A DNA stretch of 64,000 bases, taken from positions 1-64,000 of the IMG/VR virus record IMGVR_UViG_3300036823_000301, one strand, 5' to 3'. Origin of the DNA: a virus. Both the position numbers and the translations under genes were made by a program. Below are positions 36,053 to 47,800 of the stretch, piece after piece. Below the pieces are notes generated by a model. That model saw only the letters and a program-made list of their open reading frames with translations. It was not told the DNA's origin and made no database searches. Position 1 is the stretch's first letter; the number at the start of each line of letters is the position of its first letter.

Positions 36053-38539
36053 TCACATCGACAGAATCGCACAAGAGAGCGCAGGAACGGTAACAGAAGC
36101 CGTCAGGCCGCCTGTAACGGCTACGGAAGTGACTGTGCCAGGAGTGTTTTGGACAGGGGAGCCAGTGGGGGTTGCCGTTGCGCTTCCCAGACTAGAGCTC
36201 GTGGGATAAGACCAATATGCGGCGGTGCCATTACCGGTTGAATTCACAGGCCAATGTGAGAGTGCGATCTGACCTGTGACCGCCGACCCCCCTGGATTAA
36301 CGATTGCAACTCCAAATTTCGTGCCTGATTTAACACCCCACGCGATCAAACTTCCCCCTGTCCCAGTCGAAGAAGAACCAACCATCGTACCGGGTGTTGG
36401 AATTGAAGAAATCAAACGTTGTATGGTGTAGTATTGAGGATACACATTGAAACTGCTATCGATTAGCTGATATGCGGCACCCGCATCATCCATAATATCC
36501 CAAAGACCCATCCACGCTGGATTCCTTGTTGCGGTAGAAGCGAAACCCATCGTTGCCGATACCAAAAGTGCCGCACCGGCTGATGTTCCAGCACGGAGAT
36601 CGGAGAATGACGCCCCGCATTCGTTGTTATATTCACCAAGAAATACGGGAGCAGTTGCTAAATAGGTGCCGTTAAGATTACCTTGTGCTGTTGGCACTAA
36701 AGTTTGATAAGTCGGAGTCTGTATGTTGCCGGTTGTACTCTTATTGCCTGCACACATTTGCGCATTTGTCGGTGTAGCTTCTTGACCTTGACAGTAAAAA
36801 TATTGATGAAAATTCAAATAAGCTAAGCTAGTAATAGTGTTCGCATTGATAAAACCGGTGTCGAATCCGCTTGGATTATAACCCGCGCTAACCGGTCCGC
36901 CAACTTTAAAACTTGCGTTGGTTTGACGGTATCCAGCACTCCCAGCGGCAAATTGTGCAGTGTAGTTTCCAGGTAAATTCGGTTCGTTGTTAACTTCCCA
37001 GTAGTTGCATGGGATCGTGCCGTTGGCTACCCAGAAATCTGATACTGCTTTGAATTGAGCTTGCGTCGTATAATTGCTGCCTATGATAAGTGTACAGGTG
37101 CTCGGGAACATCGCGCTAGCTTGTGTCGCGAAGGCCGACAAATTGCTGGCGGCAGGTTGACTATCTGACCATCCACTGTGCAGCCGGAACAGGGGGAGAT
37201 TGAGTGCTCGCACTAAGTTTCGAAACGTCGCGTTGCTAAGATAGGCCCAGTTATTGTTCGCTAGGCCGATGCCAGATACCCCGAAAATCTGTGGCTGAAT
37301 CGTGATGTTCGACCCACCAGCCGGATTAGTTAGATTCGTGAAATCGACATTGACGAAATTGCCGGTCACAGAGGGGCCGACAGACGGTCCGGAGGACCCG
37401 ACGATGCTGAAAGTCGTCGGCCCCAGTGGGCTACCAACAGCTCCGGCGAGCGTTGCTGTGACTCCCAGACTGTAAGTTCGTGCCGCTGTCGTCTGCGAGG
37501 TGACAATTGTCGCTTGATCAGAGTTGACGGCAAAGAACGCCGCATCCGTCCCCGATAGAGTCAGGGCTCCCCCTGTCCCAGGAAATTTGTTGGCTGGTGT
37601 CGTACCAATGGTAACCGTCCCCACGGTGATCGGGGACGTCCCTACCGAGAATGTCAGGGGGGACAGTGCTGCTGAGTTGAGGCTGACCTGATTCGGATTT
37701 GTGATCTGAAAAACGTTTGAGGTTGCCGTTACTGTGGTCGCGTTGGCGTCCCTTACTGCGACCACAGCATTCGAGATGACGGTTGCCTCTGATGGGTGGA
37801 TGAATGAGAATGAGGTCGTGTTGACATTAGATCCGGCCGGCAAAGCGAGCCATGTGCCGCTTCCGTTGTCCATGTATTGCAGCGTCGGTGCCGTTGCATA
37901 GTTGAAAATCGATCCTGTGATCGTCCACGCGACACTGATAACTTGGCTCACAACAGATCCGACAGATAAGGCTGGACCGACAACAACCGGACTTACGGAA
38001 ACAGACCAGCCAGTCCCATTCCAACTCCACCATCCCGGTGTGCCACTGGCGTTGCCAAGCACGCTCTCATAATATACGCGATGATTATGATAATAGAGTT
38101 GTATGACTTGTGCCGTGGTAGCGTCAGCCGTGCCATTGCGAAGCACTTGGCCCGCAAGACTGATTGTCCAAATGTCTAGCGTTGCCCCTGCCGTAGCTGC
38201 TGTGCCCGCAGTTTGGCTCGCAAAGACGATAGGGCCTACCGAATTGACTGAAAATCCTTCAACCGTTTCGGTAATTGGGCACTGAATTGCTGTCCACACC
38301 GAGCCATTCCATGTCCACCATCCAGGAGATCCGAAGCTGCTGCCGTTTGCGGCTGAGTGGTAAATGGTGTGGTTGTGATACCACAGGCATAAACAGGCCG
38401 ATGTTGTGGAATCCGCTGAACCATTGTGACTGACCAATCCGCCGCTGGTGAGTTCCCAGATGTCCAGCGACCCCCCTGCTACCGGCACTGCGCCGGCAGT
38501 TGGGCTCGCATAAATAACTTGCGAAAGTGATTCAGACAT
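36053..38539 (-). CDS. virion-associated glycoside hydrolase, clan GH-A (GH39-like), with Trp-rich repeats and Ig/cadherin-like domains
   Basis: YWEVNNEP acid/base, KVGGP, NFHQY, VFLGEYN nucleophile. Confidence 0.75.
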   Translation of the reverse strand: MSESLSQVIYASPTAGAVPVAGGSLDIWELTSGGLVSHNGSADSTTSACLCLWYHNHTIYHSAANGSSFGSPGWWTWNGSVWTAIQCPITETVEGFSVNSVGPIVFASQTAGTAATAGATLDIWTISLAGQVLRNGTADATTAQVIQLYYHNHRVYYESVLGNASGTPGWWSWNGTGWSVSVSPVVVGPALSVGSVVSQVISVAWTITGSIFNYATAPTLQYMDNGSGTWLALPAGSNVNTTSFSFIHPSEATVISNAVVAVRDANATTVTATSNVFQITNPNQVSLNSAALSPLTFSVGTSPITVGTVTIGTTPANKFPGTGGALTLSGTDAAFFAVNSDQATIVTSQTTAARTYSLGVTATLAGAVGSPLGPTTFSIVGSSGPSVGPSVTGNFVNVDFTNLTNPAGGSNITIQPQIFGVSGIGLANNNWAYLSNATFRNLVRALNLPLFRLHSGWSDSQPAASNLSAFATQASAMFPSTCTLIIGSNYTTQAQFKAVSDFWVANGTIPCNYWEVNNEPNLPGNYTAQFAAGSAGYRQTNASFKVGGPVSAGYNPSGFDTGFINANTITSLAYLNFHQYFYCQGQEATPTNAQMCAGNKSTTGNIQTPTYQTLVPTAQGNLNGTYLATAPVFLGEYNNECGASFSDLRAGTSAGAALLVSATMGFASTATRNPAWMGLWDIMDDAGAAYQLIDSSFNVYPQYYTIQRLISSIPTPGTMVGSSSTGTGGSLIAWGVKSGTKFGVAIVNPGGSAVTGQIALSHWPVNSTGNGTAAYWSYPTSSSLGSATATPTGSPVQNTPGTVTSVAVTGGLTASVTVPALSCAILSM

Positions 38540-41500
38540 TAAACACCAGTATCGTTGGATGATAGCACGACAACGGATCGTGCTGGAATATTTAAAGAAC
38601 CATCTGTAAGGTTAGCTATCGGATGCGATGCATAAAGGGGTGGATTGCTGTTCGCTGGTGACATCTCCCAATAGTTGAAAGTTGACCCAGTTAGCCCTTG
38701 CACGGTAAAAGAAGATGCAACGGCGGACGTATCATAGTTTGTGATCCAAACAGACCAATTAGTTGAGGTTCCATAAGGCACAGATGCAAACACTAGAAAA
38801 TTTGCTGGTAAACCACTCCCGAGAGTGACTGTGTGTTGAGTTCCAGGCATTGTACGTCCGAGCTTACCAAGCACATACCCCTGTGGATAGATCGTATTAC
38901 CATCGTTAGACACAATTTTGAAATTGTTATTCTGGTCTTGTTCCCAAATGGCGCTTCCCCATGCACGTGATCCAGCACTTTTCAGTGCCAAACCAGTATA
39001 CAAAGATACAAAAAGAGCACCATCGCTTGTAGCGAGCATGGGTTCAGTGCCATTGTAATCAATATTATATTCACTCATAAATAATTGAGAAGAAGGGAAA
39101 AATTGAGCAATCACCTGTAGATCAGAATTCTGTCGGGTCACCGTTTTAGCTAGCATGCTAGCAGCATCGTTTACGGTATAGCCCCCTGTTAAATAGCAGT
39201 GCCAATCGATAAAATCAGGTTTGTTGCTGTTACTTGCCAAAGCAGACAAAAATCCATTGCTGCTAGCATCTCCAGCATCAGCATACACTGGACCACCGAC
39301 CCAATAGTTCGGATTAATTTTTTTCAACGCTGTGTAGCAGGTATTGAAGTTGCTTATCCAAGCTGATGCGGTAATTCCCGGCTCATTATAAATTTGCCAG
39401 ATGAAGCACTCTACACCTTTACTTTTGAAAAGGTTTGCAATCGCTGTGCAATCAGATGCTGTTGCAGCATAATTAGTTTCTGATCCACCAAGTGTAAATG
39501 CATTGAGCATGTGGCCCGGTGTCGTGTCTGTAGGACCAGTCCCCTGCACCCAATACGCAGATGATCCAGTGAAATAATTCACCGTGCCAGATGTGTCTGT
39601 TCCATTGGCTGCGGCCGTCCAGCTCGGTGTACTGCCGGTTGCGTTATTTCGGAAAAGACGAAACCCAAGCTGGCGATATTTCGCTTGGAAATTAGAATTC
39701 AAAAACGGTAAAAAATCATTCGAGGAACCGGCAAAGTCGCCGCCTTCAGTTCCCACACCCCATAGATACGGACTGATTGTGCTCACAGTCGATGTTTGAA
39801 CAGCAATTCCTTTCGCAACGGCTGTTCCACCGACAATGGTTGCACCAGCGCTTGCGGTGACAGATTTCGCAGATGTCAGGGGGGAACCGCTTGCCCCTGT
39901 CATTTTGCCAATAATATTGAAACTATACGTGCCCGCTCCAATTGTGGCATTAGCCAACGTCAGGTTCGTGCCAGAGACACCAAACAGGTTCGCATTTGTG
40001 CCTGAAAGCGTGAGTCCGCCGGACAGATCCGGGACGAACGTTCCCCCTGTCGTAGCCACAGTAATAGGACTGACGACGGTTCCAACAGCAGAGTTCGCGG
40101 CAAAAGTTGTGGTAGGTAACGTGATGCTAGTCAACGTTACTGAGGCTGGATTCTCGATCACTAAAGTTACGGAACCTGTCGCGGTCGCTGTGTTCGCTGA
40201 ATCCTGAATATGTATAACAAAACTAGATGAGGCCGCGGCAACAAGTGGATGTGTAAATGAAAAAGTAGTTGCGGTAACTATGGGAGACGGAATATTAGTA
40301 AATGATCCGCTGTTATCAGCATATTGTAGTGTCGTAGGTGCCACGGTGTAGTTTGTCAGTGTCCCGGACACTACAAACGTTTGATTGATGATCTGCGTGT
40401 TAACGGTCGATACCGACAACGAAGGTCCTGGAGGCCGTGGATCGACGGTGCCAAAATCGTCCCAGTTCGTACCATCCCATGTCCACCAATTACCCGGCGT
40501 GGGAAAATCACTATCGACTACCTGCTGGTACATGACGTTGTTGTACCACAGCAACAGCGTCACGCTGGATGACGTGCCGGCAGCAGCACCATTCAAAAGA
40601 ATAACACCCCCAACGACGGTCCAGATCCCACCACTGTTGTCTATGATTTGCGAGGCTGATGGAATTGTGGTTCCGCTCGCGGATGCCCCTGCCGCTTGAG
40701 CGATCATCGAGCTGAATGTGTGGGTCAGGGGGGACCCTACTGCACCGGCTTGGGTCGCTGTGACAGTGTCTGAGTAGGTTCCAGGTAACAAGGCTGATGC
40801 TGTCGTCAATGTCGTACCGCTCAGCGTAAACTGTGCTGTGTTGGTATGATTTAATGTGCCAGTGAACGATCCGGTTGGGCTCGTTGTGACAGAAATTGTG
40901 CCAACAGTCGCACCAGATTGATTCGCGTTGAAAGACGTCGCAGACAAATTAATTACGCTTAATGTAATCGTAGCCTGTGCGGTCAACGTGTTGAGCGTCG
41001 AAGACAGCGGGGAATTCGTGGCCCCTTGGAGGGTCGCTGTGATGGTGTCGGTGTAGGTTCCGACGGCCAACGCAACCGCCGTCGTCAATGTTGTGCCAGT
41101 TAGCGTAAATTGGGCGCTGTTGGTGTGTGACAAGATGCCAGTAAAGGCTCCCACAGGAGTTGTGTTGACAGTGAGGCTACCGATCGAAGCACCGGCGACG
41201 TTCGCGGTAAAATTCGTATTGGACAGTGTGATGGAATTTAAGGTGACAGTCGGAGCTGGCCCTTGTGTGATTCCGGTCTGTGATAGTGCATAAACACAAA
41301 ACGTTCCGTCTGTTGTCTCATTTAGCGGCGGCGCGGTTGAAACCCAAGTTGTACCATTCCAGAAGCTCCACCCTGGTGTCCCCCCTGTCCCTCCGGAACC
41401 AGGGAGATTTCCGGGAGCAGTGGCAGCATTGAAATTGGCACCATCCCACGAAAACCAATTTCCGCTTGAGGAATCTTGCGCGTAAACAACACCGTTGTAG

Positions 41501-42087
41501 AGATCGATCGCGCCGGTCCCACCGGCGCCAGGGACGTCGTTGCCGTTTTCAACAACATTCCCTGAAGTGTCGATCGACCAGACATTTCCTGACGAATCCG
41601 TAAAAGAGCCAGAGCCGGGGGTCGCATAGGTTCCACTCCCAGTGCCGGAACCCGGCAAGTTTCCCGGTGCAGTCGCTGAATCAAAGGACGACCCATTCCA
41701 AGTGAACCAGTTCCCGCTGGCACCGTCCTCCGCGTAGACCTGCCCATTGTAGAGATCGATCGCTCCGGTGCCATCACCACCGGGAATCGCTGTACCGTTT
41801 TCCAGCACATTGCCATTGGTATCAATCGACCAAATGTTGCCCGAGCCATCCACAAATTGGCCGACACCGGGCGTGGCGTACGTACCTTGCCCGGTGTTTG
41901 TTGTCATTTCAAGTTGGTAGACGAAATGATTGTGGTAAGCGAGGATCAGGACCCCACTTGTTGCCCCTGTCACCACGACGCCGTTTTTCGTTGCGGCCCC
42001 GGATGAATTGATCTCCCACGAATCAAAAGGACCTAATATTGGTGCCGCAGTTCCTGGTGTCTGCGAAGCTAAAATGACCCCGCTCAT
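38539..42087 (-). CDS. virion-associated glycoside hydrolase, clan GH-A (GH39-like), with Trp-rich repeats and Ig/cadherin-like domains
   Basis: WQIYNEP, WVGGP, DFIDWHCY, LFMSEYN. Confidence 0.75.
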   Translation of the reverse strand: MSGVILASQTPGTAAPILGPFDSWEINSSGAATKNGVVVTGATSGVLILAYHNHFVYQLEMTTNTGQGTYATPGVGQFVDGSGNIWSIDTNGNVLENGTAIPGGDGTGAIDLYNGQVYAEDGASGNWFTWNGSSFDSATAPGNLPGSGTGSGTYATPGSGSFTDSSGNVWSIDTSGNVVENGNDVPGAGGTGAIDLYNGVVYAQDSSSGNWFSWDGANFNAATAPGNLPGSGGTGGTPGWSFWNGTTWVSTAPPLNETTDGTFCVYALSQTGITQGPAPTVTLNSITLSNTNFTANVAGASIGSLTVNTTPVGAFTGILSHTNSAQFTLTGTTLTTAVALAVGTYTDTITATLQGATNSPLSSTLNTLTAQATITLSVINLSATSFNANQSGATVGTISVTTSPTGSFTGTLNHTNTAQFTLSGTTLTTASALLPGTYSDTVTATQAGAVGSPLTHTFSSMIAQAAGASASGTTIPSASQIIDNSGGIWTVVGGVILLNGAAAGTSSSVTLLLWYNNVMYQQVVDSDFPTPGNWWTWDGTNWDDFGTVDPRPPGPSLSVSTVNTQIINQTFVVSGTLTNYTVAPTTLQYADNSGSFTNIPSPIVTATTFSFTHPLVAAASSSFVIHIQDSANTATATGSVTLVIENPASVTLTSITLPTTTFAANSAVGTVVSPITVATTGGTFVPDLSGGLTLSGTNANLFGVSGTNLTLANATIGAGTYSFNIIGKMTGASGSPLTSAKSVTASAGATIVGGTAVAKGIAVQTSTVSTISPYLWGVGTEGGDFAGSSNDFLPFLNSNFQAKYRQLGFRLFRNNATGSTPSWTAAANGTDTSGTVNYFTGSSAYWVQGTGPTDTTPGHMLNAFTLGGSETNYAATASDCTAIANLFKSKGVECFIWQIYNEPGITASAWISNFNTCYTALKKINPNYWVGGPVYADAGDASSNGFLSALASNSNKPDFIDWHCYLTGGYTVNDAASMLAKTVTRQNSDLQVIAQFFPSSQLFMSEYNIDYNGTEPMLATSDGALFVSLYTGLALKSAGSRAWGSAIWEQDQNNNFKIVSNDGNTIYPQGYVLGKLGRTMPGTQHTVTLGSGLPANFLVFASVPYGTSTNWSVWITNYDTSAVASSFTVQGLTGSTFNYWEMSPANSNPPLYASHPIANLTDGSLNIPARSVVVLSSNDTGV

Positions 42088-42279
42088 GAAGCGAACCAGT
42101 CCTCCGTTGTCTTACTAACCGGACCGCTTAGATGCCGGCGTAGATAGATCCGCTTTTCAGTGGATTTGGCCAACCATTGCCAGCCACTACCAGCATAAAG
42201 GATATCACGGCTTTTCAGCCACTCTTCTTCCGTCAGACAGCGGCTATCGTAAACAGATTTTTCCATCTGGTCGCTTATA

Positions 42280-43386
42280 TCAGGTTTGTCTGATTACTTG
42301 TGTGCCTTCTGACGATTCGAGGATCGTGACAGATGCAGCGCCTGTGCCTGCAATACGGCTTGTCCCCTGTTGCGTATGAGCCGCCGTGGTCGTCGCTGCT
42401 GTAACATTACCGGTGCCAGCAAGCGCGGCTTGCCCAACCTGTTGGTGGCCTGGAATGATCGCGCTGACCTTAACCGAAACTGCGCCCGGAATCACAGCGC
42501 TTGCATTGGCTCCAGATGCCTGGGCCACAACAACGGCCGAACCTCGCAGCGTTGCCGTCCCAGCGGCCGGCGTATGTGGTGCACCGATAATCGTACCCTG
42601 TGCTGAGATATTGATCATCGCGAACTGCGGCAGGTTCCCCCTGACAATGAGCGAACCAGAGCCTTGAATCGTCGCAAAGCTGTTATTGCTCGGAACAACA
42701 ACCGGAAGGCTTTGAATCTGCGATGGGTCAACACCCCACGCGCCGATGTCGAGCCCGCTGATAAACGAGGTCTCGACATCGAGTCCGAACAGGGGAGCTG
42801 TCTCGTAGCTGGTCACGTAGATGTTGAGCCGCACACCTTCCGGCTTAAACGGCACATAGTTACCTGTGATCATATAAAATATGAGGCGAGGTGGATATTG
42901 ACCGGAAATTCCGATATCCATAGTCATGTCATAATTATCGATGATGCCAAAGATTGTAGACGGATATGGATTTAGAATTGTTTGCAGCGCCTGCTGCATT
43001 TGTGTAATCGTACCATTCCATTGATTGGCAACAATTTTAGCACGTAGGAGTTGACGATAAGTTTCATCGTCAAAACTGGTCAGCCCTTCAGATGGCGTAA
43101 ACGGCCCGAACCACACCCCCTGATCAAAGCCGAGGCCAGGGATGTCGAATGAAAAAAAGACATCTGGTAGTGGTACTTCAATTTGTCGGGACCGGCCAAT
43201 CCACAAACCATCAATATCAAGCTGAACACCAACAGCTTCATCGAGATCGAATTGCTGTGGAAGACCTTCGAGAAATCGCTGCAATGAGACAAGCGGCGCC
43301 GTCAGTAGCGAGACTGTTGCTTCGAATTTCGGTTTGCCGCGATGTTCTCCGGCTAAGAGACTAATGTAATCCTGAATTGTTCTCAA
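42280..43386 (-). CDS. DUF2612-family baseplate protein with a C-terminal repeat extension
   Basis: KPKF, FDLDEAVGVQLD..G.WIG.SR, DDETYRQLLRAKIVANQWNGT. Confidence 0.85.
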   Translation of the reverse strand: MRTIQDYISLLAGEHRGKPKFEATVSLLTAPLVSLQRFLEGLPQQFDLDEAVGVQLDIDGLWIGRSRQIEVPLPDVFFSFDIPGLGFDQGVWFGPFTPSEGLTSFDDETYRQLLRAKIVANQWNGTITQMQQALQTILNPYPSTIFGIIDNYDMTMDIGISGQYPPRLIFYMITGNYVPFKPEGVRLNIYVTSYETAPLFGLDVETSFISGLDIGAWGVDPSQIQSLPVVVPSNNSFATIQGSGSLIVRGNLPQFAMINISAQGTIIGAPHTPAAGTATLRGSAVVVAQASGANASAVIPGAVSVKVSAIIPGHQQVGQAALAGTGNVTAATTTAAHTQQGTSRIAGTGAASVTILESSEGTQVIRQT

Positions 43387-43389
43387 ATT

Positions 43390-44832
43390 CTATGCCACGT
43401 TCAAGGTAACGTTTGTCGCTGAAATCGTTGCTGCTTCGTTGAATGCCAAAATCACATCTGCTTGCGACGCAAGCAGCGTCACTGTTGCTGAGTTCGAATG
43501 CGTGGCAGCGCTCGATCCATTATAGCCGCGAACGACAACCCACACGGCGGTCCCCTGTCCCCCTGTCACAAGCATAGTCTCACTGTCTATTTGGATCAAA
43601 TACGGCGAGAGCAGGGGAAACCCGATACTGTCAGACAGATCAATCGTATTGATGGTCGTGTTGCTGATTGCTCCACTTAATGTGGTCGATTCGACACGTG
43701 ACATCAGCACGCTGATGAGTTCGAAACTGGTCGGATCTGCTGGAGCTGTCAAAATTGCGAACGGACCCATCAGGTTAGCTGGCACGAACACACGACTCAT
43801 CAGCACCGACTGACCAATCGATAGCGAATTGATATAATTAACCACAGAATTGATAATATTATTACCAATAATTGACGTGTAACCTGTTAAATTATGAAGA
43901 TTTATGGTTACTGTGATCGTCACCTCAATAGGGCGCCAGAAATTAATCGTATGTTGCACCCCACTGGAATCAATAACGTTTTGGGAGGTGCTACCATAAG
44001 TACCTGCCCCAGGCGTTTTCTTCAATGCTATCGTATTCGCAATTGTCTGGGCATCTCCACCATCGACAACTAACGAAATCGAATGTGAGGGAAGTCCATT
44101 CGAATCCGTCGTATCGGTATCGTTTTCGTAGGGCTGTAAACGCGCCACGCCGGTAATTGACGAAACCGCGCCAACGATCCCATCGAGCACAGTCAAACTT
44201 GGCAGCATCGTTGAAACCGTCTGCCGCTTGGTCAACGTCGGATCACTCTCAACTGGTTGGCCTAGCAAAGCATCAGCTGGATTGTTTACACTCTGCCAGC
44301 CACTGATTGGCGTCAAAATTTTGACGACAGTGTTAGCGGTGGCGGCGACCGCACCAGAGGTTTCACAAACCGCAGTAACAGTAATCTGGCCTTCGTTTGG
44401 AATCGTAGCCGTTGGCAGATCCCATCGATAGGTGCCATCCCCCACTACTGCATTGATTATTGGCGTTCCGGTGACGCCAATAATGATCACATCAACCATG
44501 GAATTCGTCGGAACCAGACGGCTGATACCATTGATCTTGACAACGCTGGAGAGGCCGGTCCCTTGCGCAGATTGTGGCGAAAACGAATTATAGGCCGCTG
44601 TGGCCATGGTATTAGCATCGTTATAGGCCGCAGCAAGCAGTCCGATCAGTTCACCATCTTGGCTATCGCTGCCGAGATAGACGTCAGAACCGTAGATTGC
44701 CTGATAGCCTTCGGTGAAATAGTTAAGAATATCAGGAAAGGTCGGGATATGAATTCCCGTCGAATCTATGGTGCAAACCGGCGGAGTCGGAAGATTTATA
44801 GTTACAATTGACGGTGTCGTAGTGCCGCTCAT
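43390..44832 (-). CDS. baseplate J/gp47-like protein
   Basis: IDSTGIHIP, YGSDVYL..DSQDG, AQGTGLS..VKINGI.R, YENDT...D.NGLP.HSI, KKTPG. Confidence 0.9.
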   Translation of the reverse strand: MSGTTTPSIVTINLPTPPVCTIDSTGIHIPTFPDILNYFTEGYQAIYGSDVYLGSDSQDGELIGLLAAAYNDANTMATAAYNSFSPQSAQGTGLSSVVKINGISRLVPTNSMVDVIIIGVTGTPIINAVVGDGTYRWDLPTATIPNEGQITVTAVCETSGAVAATANTVVKILTPISGWQSVNNPADALLGQPVESDPTLTKRQTVSTMLPSLTVLDGIVGAVSSITGVARLQPYENDTDTTDSNGLPSHSISLVVDGGDAQTIANTIALKKTPGAGTYGSTSQNVIDSSGVQHTINFWRPIEVTITVTINLHNLTGYTSIIGNNIINSVVNYINSLSIGQSVLMSRVFVPANLMGPFAILTAPADPTSFELISVLMSRVESTTLSGAISNTTINTIDLSDSIGFPLLSPYLIQIDSETMLVTGGQGTAVWVVVRGYNGSSAATHSNSATVTLLASQADVILAFNEAATISATNVTLNVA

Positions 44833-47800
44833 TACGCGATAACCTTATTTTTGGTATGACGGCGACCAATGACAATAGTACGCCACGGAGCGAGCGGTTC
44901 AGGGTGCGGTGCACGCTTAATGTTAACCGCGACAAAGACATGACCTTCGCCAGAGATGCTTGGTGTGTCGTGTTCCGGATACACCAAGGCGTCAATCCGG
45001 ATTCGAACAAGGCCATTAATATTCGCTCGCGCAACGCCGACAGGCGCGACAAGGGTTGCCACACCGCCTGTCCCGGTAATGGTCGCGCTGGTCGAAATAT
45101 CGTGCACCGCTTCCACGATGATACTTCCAGATCCAGCAATTGCCATCGGTGCGGTCAAGATGGACGATCCGACGAAAAGCGCTACTGAGCCACTCCCTTG
45201 AATTGTGGCGGAGGCGAACGGTGTGTGGGTGGCTGTGGCCAACGCCCCCCCTGTTCCCATCAAGTTCGGCTGGGCTTCCAGCACAGTGACTTCGACCAAA
45301 GTCACTGTGCTTAAAGGGGCGATTCCGATGGCTGCTTGCGGTGTGTGAGTCGCCTGGACGACAATGCCCACGATTCCTGTTATCTGCGGAACAGCCACCT
45401 TATAGGCCAGTGCCGCAGTCGTTATCGCGGCCGTACCAGGTAGTGTAATGCTCCCAGCCAACGAGGGCGCGATACCAGCCAACACCGAGCCGGCGCCAGC
45501 CAACGCCAATGGCGCGCCAGCAAAAAGAACAAATTGTGAAGCACTGAGACTACCTGCCGGCGCAATAGCCACCGGGTTCGTCGCATTAACAATCAAGGCA
45601 GTCGCGGCAGCGGAGCCTGCAACAGCAATTGTTGCAGCAGCCTGGGGTGTGTGAATCGCGCTCGCAGCGACATTGACGACACCCGCGCTCGAAGCGGTTG
45701 GCTGAACGATGAGTAGAGCTGTGCTATTGGCCCCCCCTGTCGCTCCGATACTGATAACGGCGGAATCCAGCACGCTGGCAAAGGGCACGAAAATTGTACC
45801 GGCACCAGATAGGATCGTGTTCTGTGGAGGCACCCGATCGGCGCCGACCATAACGCTACCAGCGCCAGTAATCGGCGAACTAATCGTGTCTGCTTGTGGC
45901 GTGTGAGTCGATGTGGCACTTGCCACACCATTTCCAGATATCGTCAATGCGGCCTGGGTATCGATAAGGATCGGACTGGATGCCGCTTGCCCAGTCCCAA
46001 CAACCGTTACCGACCCCCCCGCACTGTTGGCAGCGGTAACCGTGACGTTGGCTGTGCCGGAAACAGGGGGGGCAGCTGTGGGTGTGTGGGAAGCCGTGCT
46101 GCTGACCCCCCCTGACCCCCCCAGCGTTGATGTAGTAATGGGAAGAAGGATTGCGTTCGGTAAGACTGTGCCAACACCGCTGGCTTGGACCGCAGCCTGC
46201 GGTGTATGGGTGGCGTTGAGTGTGACAGTTGCTGCACCCGCTGGTCCGGCAACTGCTTGTGCGATGAACAGAGTCGATAAACTAAGAGAACCGCTGCCAG
46301 CGAACACCGCTGAGCCCGGTGATATATGCAAACCATCAACTGCAACACCGCTGACCGGCCCAAGCGAGACCACCGCTTGGGGTGTATGGGTGGCGTTGCC
46401 GATAAGTTGGCCGGAGCCTGCGAGCGTGGGCGCTGCCGGCGCGGTGTGGCTTGAATCAGAAACGGCTTGCCCACTACCAGACAAGACCGCTTGCGGACCG
46501 GCTATGTAGCCGGTCGTAGCTGTGGCATTTCCGGTAAGCGCTATATTGGCGACGGCGGCCGGATTGTGGGTCGCATTAACGGTGACACTAGCAACAGCTA
46601 CCGTTGAAGCTGTGACAGCTTCAAGCAATGCAGCACGCGCGACGGCCGTCCCGAGAGCAGCTTGTGCAAGCTGACCGTGCTCAATCGCACGTGCAACCGG
46701 GGTAACAAGACCGGTTCCGGTGATAGCAGCAGAAGTCTGCTGCACCAACACAAGTTCCCAAGGGCCTATATCGCAAGCTGTACCTTGTGGCCGAGACGTC
46801 CCGGCAACGTCGTCGGTTACCGGCATACTAGTTGTTGTAGCGGGTCCCGCGTTTAATGCGTCAGCCGTCCGGAGTATGCGAAAGTCAGTTGCGGGATTGA
46901 CAAACTGATTCGTTGTGATTTTTGAAAAAAGATTACCACCACCGTCAACAGCGTGCTGGCTGCTGAACCAAGAATTCGACGTATTTGAGAAAATGCAATG
47001 ATCAATATTATTCGTGGCACCGGAGCTGCCAATCGGTGGGGATGTATCGGAGAATCCGAAAAACATCGAATTCTTGACAATATTAGCCGTGCCAGAGCTA
47101 TTGTTATTGTTGAACCCAGCAGCAGTATTGTTGCCAGAAACCGTATTCAAAAATAAACAGTTATAGACACTGATTGGTGTGGCGCTGTCGCCATTAAACC
47201 CTTGCAAACACCAACCGAATTCATTGTTGGCACCCCGATTGATGAAAGTGCAATTGGCTACGTTGCCGCCGGAATGGCCCACCATACCACCGGCAGATGT
47301 CTGCACGTAGCCGTCATAGAGGCAGTCATAGAGGTTAACGGCGCCGTTCGGGCCGCCGTCCATGATGGTCGAGCCTGACCCTGAATTCGGGTCCTGGAAC
47401 TGAACACCGATGATCGTGCTATTGGATGGTAGCCGAAGATAATTCGTCGCGCCTGTACCTGTTGCAGGCAGTGTAAAACTGACGCCGGCAGCGGCATTGA
47501 ATGCCAATGGTGTCGATTGACCAGCTAATGTATCACGATAGCTTTCACCCTGCGCACATTGAACCGTTACCGTATTAGTTGGGGATGTGCCAAAATAGTT
47601 TGATAAGTCGAGATACTGTGTCCCGCTAGTCGTAGTGATCGTGCCGTTGTTCCAAAGACTGGCAACGACAGCTTGAGTCAGGTCAGCTTCTGAAAATGAC
47701 GCTCCCCAAGCCAGAAGCGATGTGAAATCTATCGAGGACAGATATTTCCAAACGCAGGACCCATCCGTGATGCTGGACCCTGTTGTCGTTGGACCACCCG

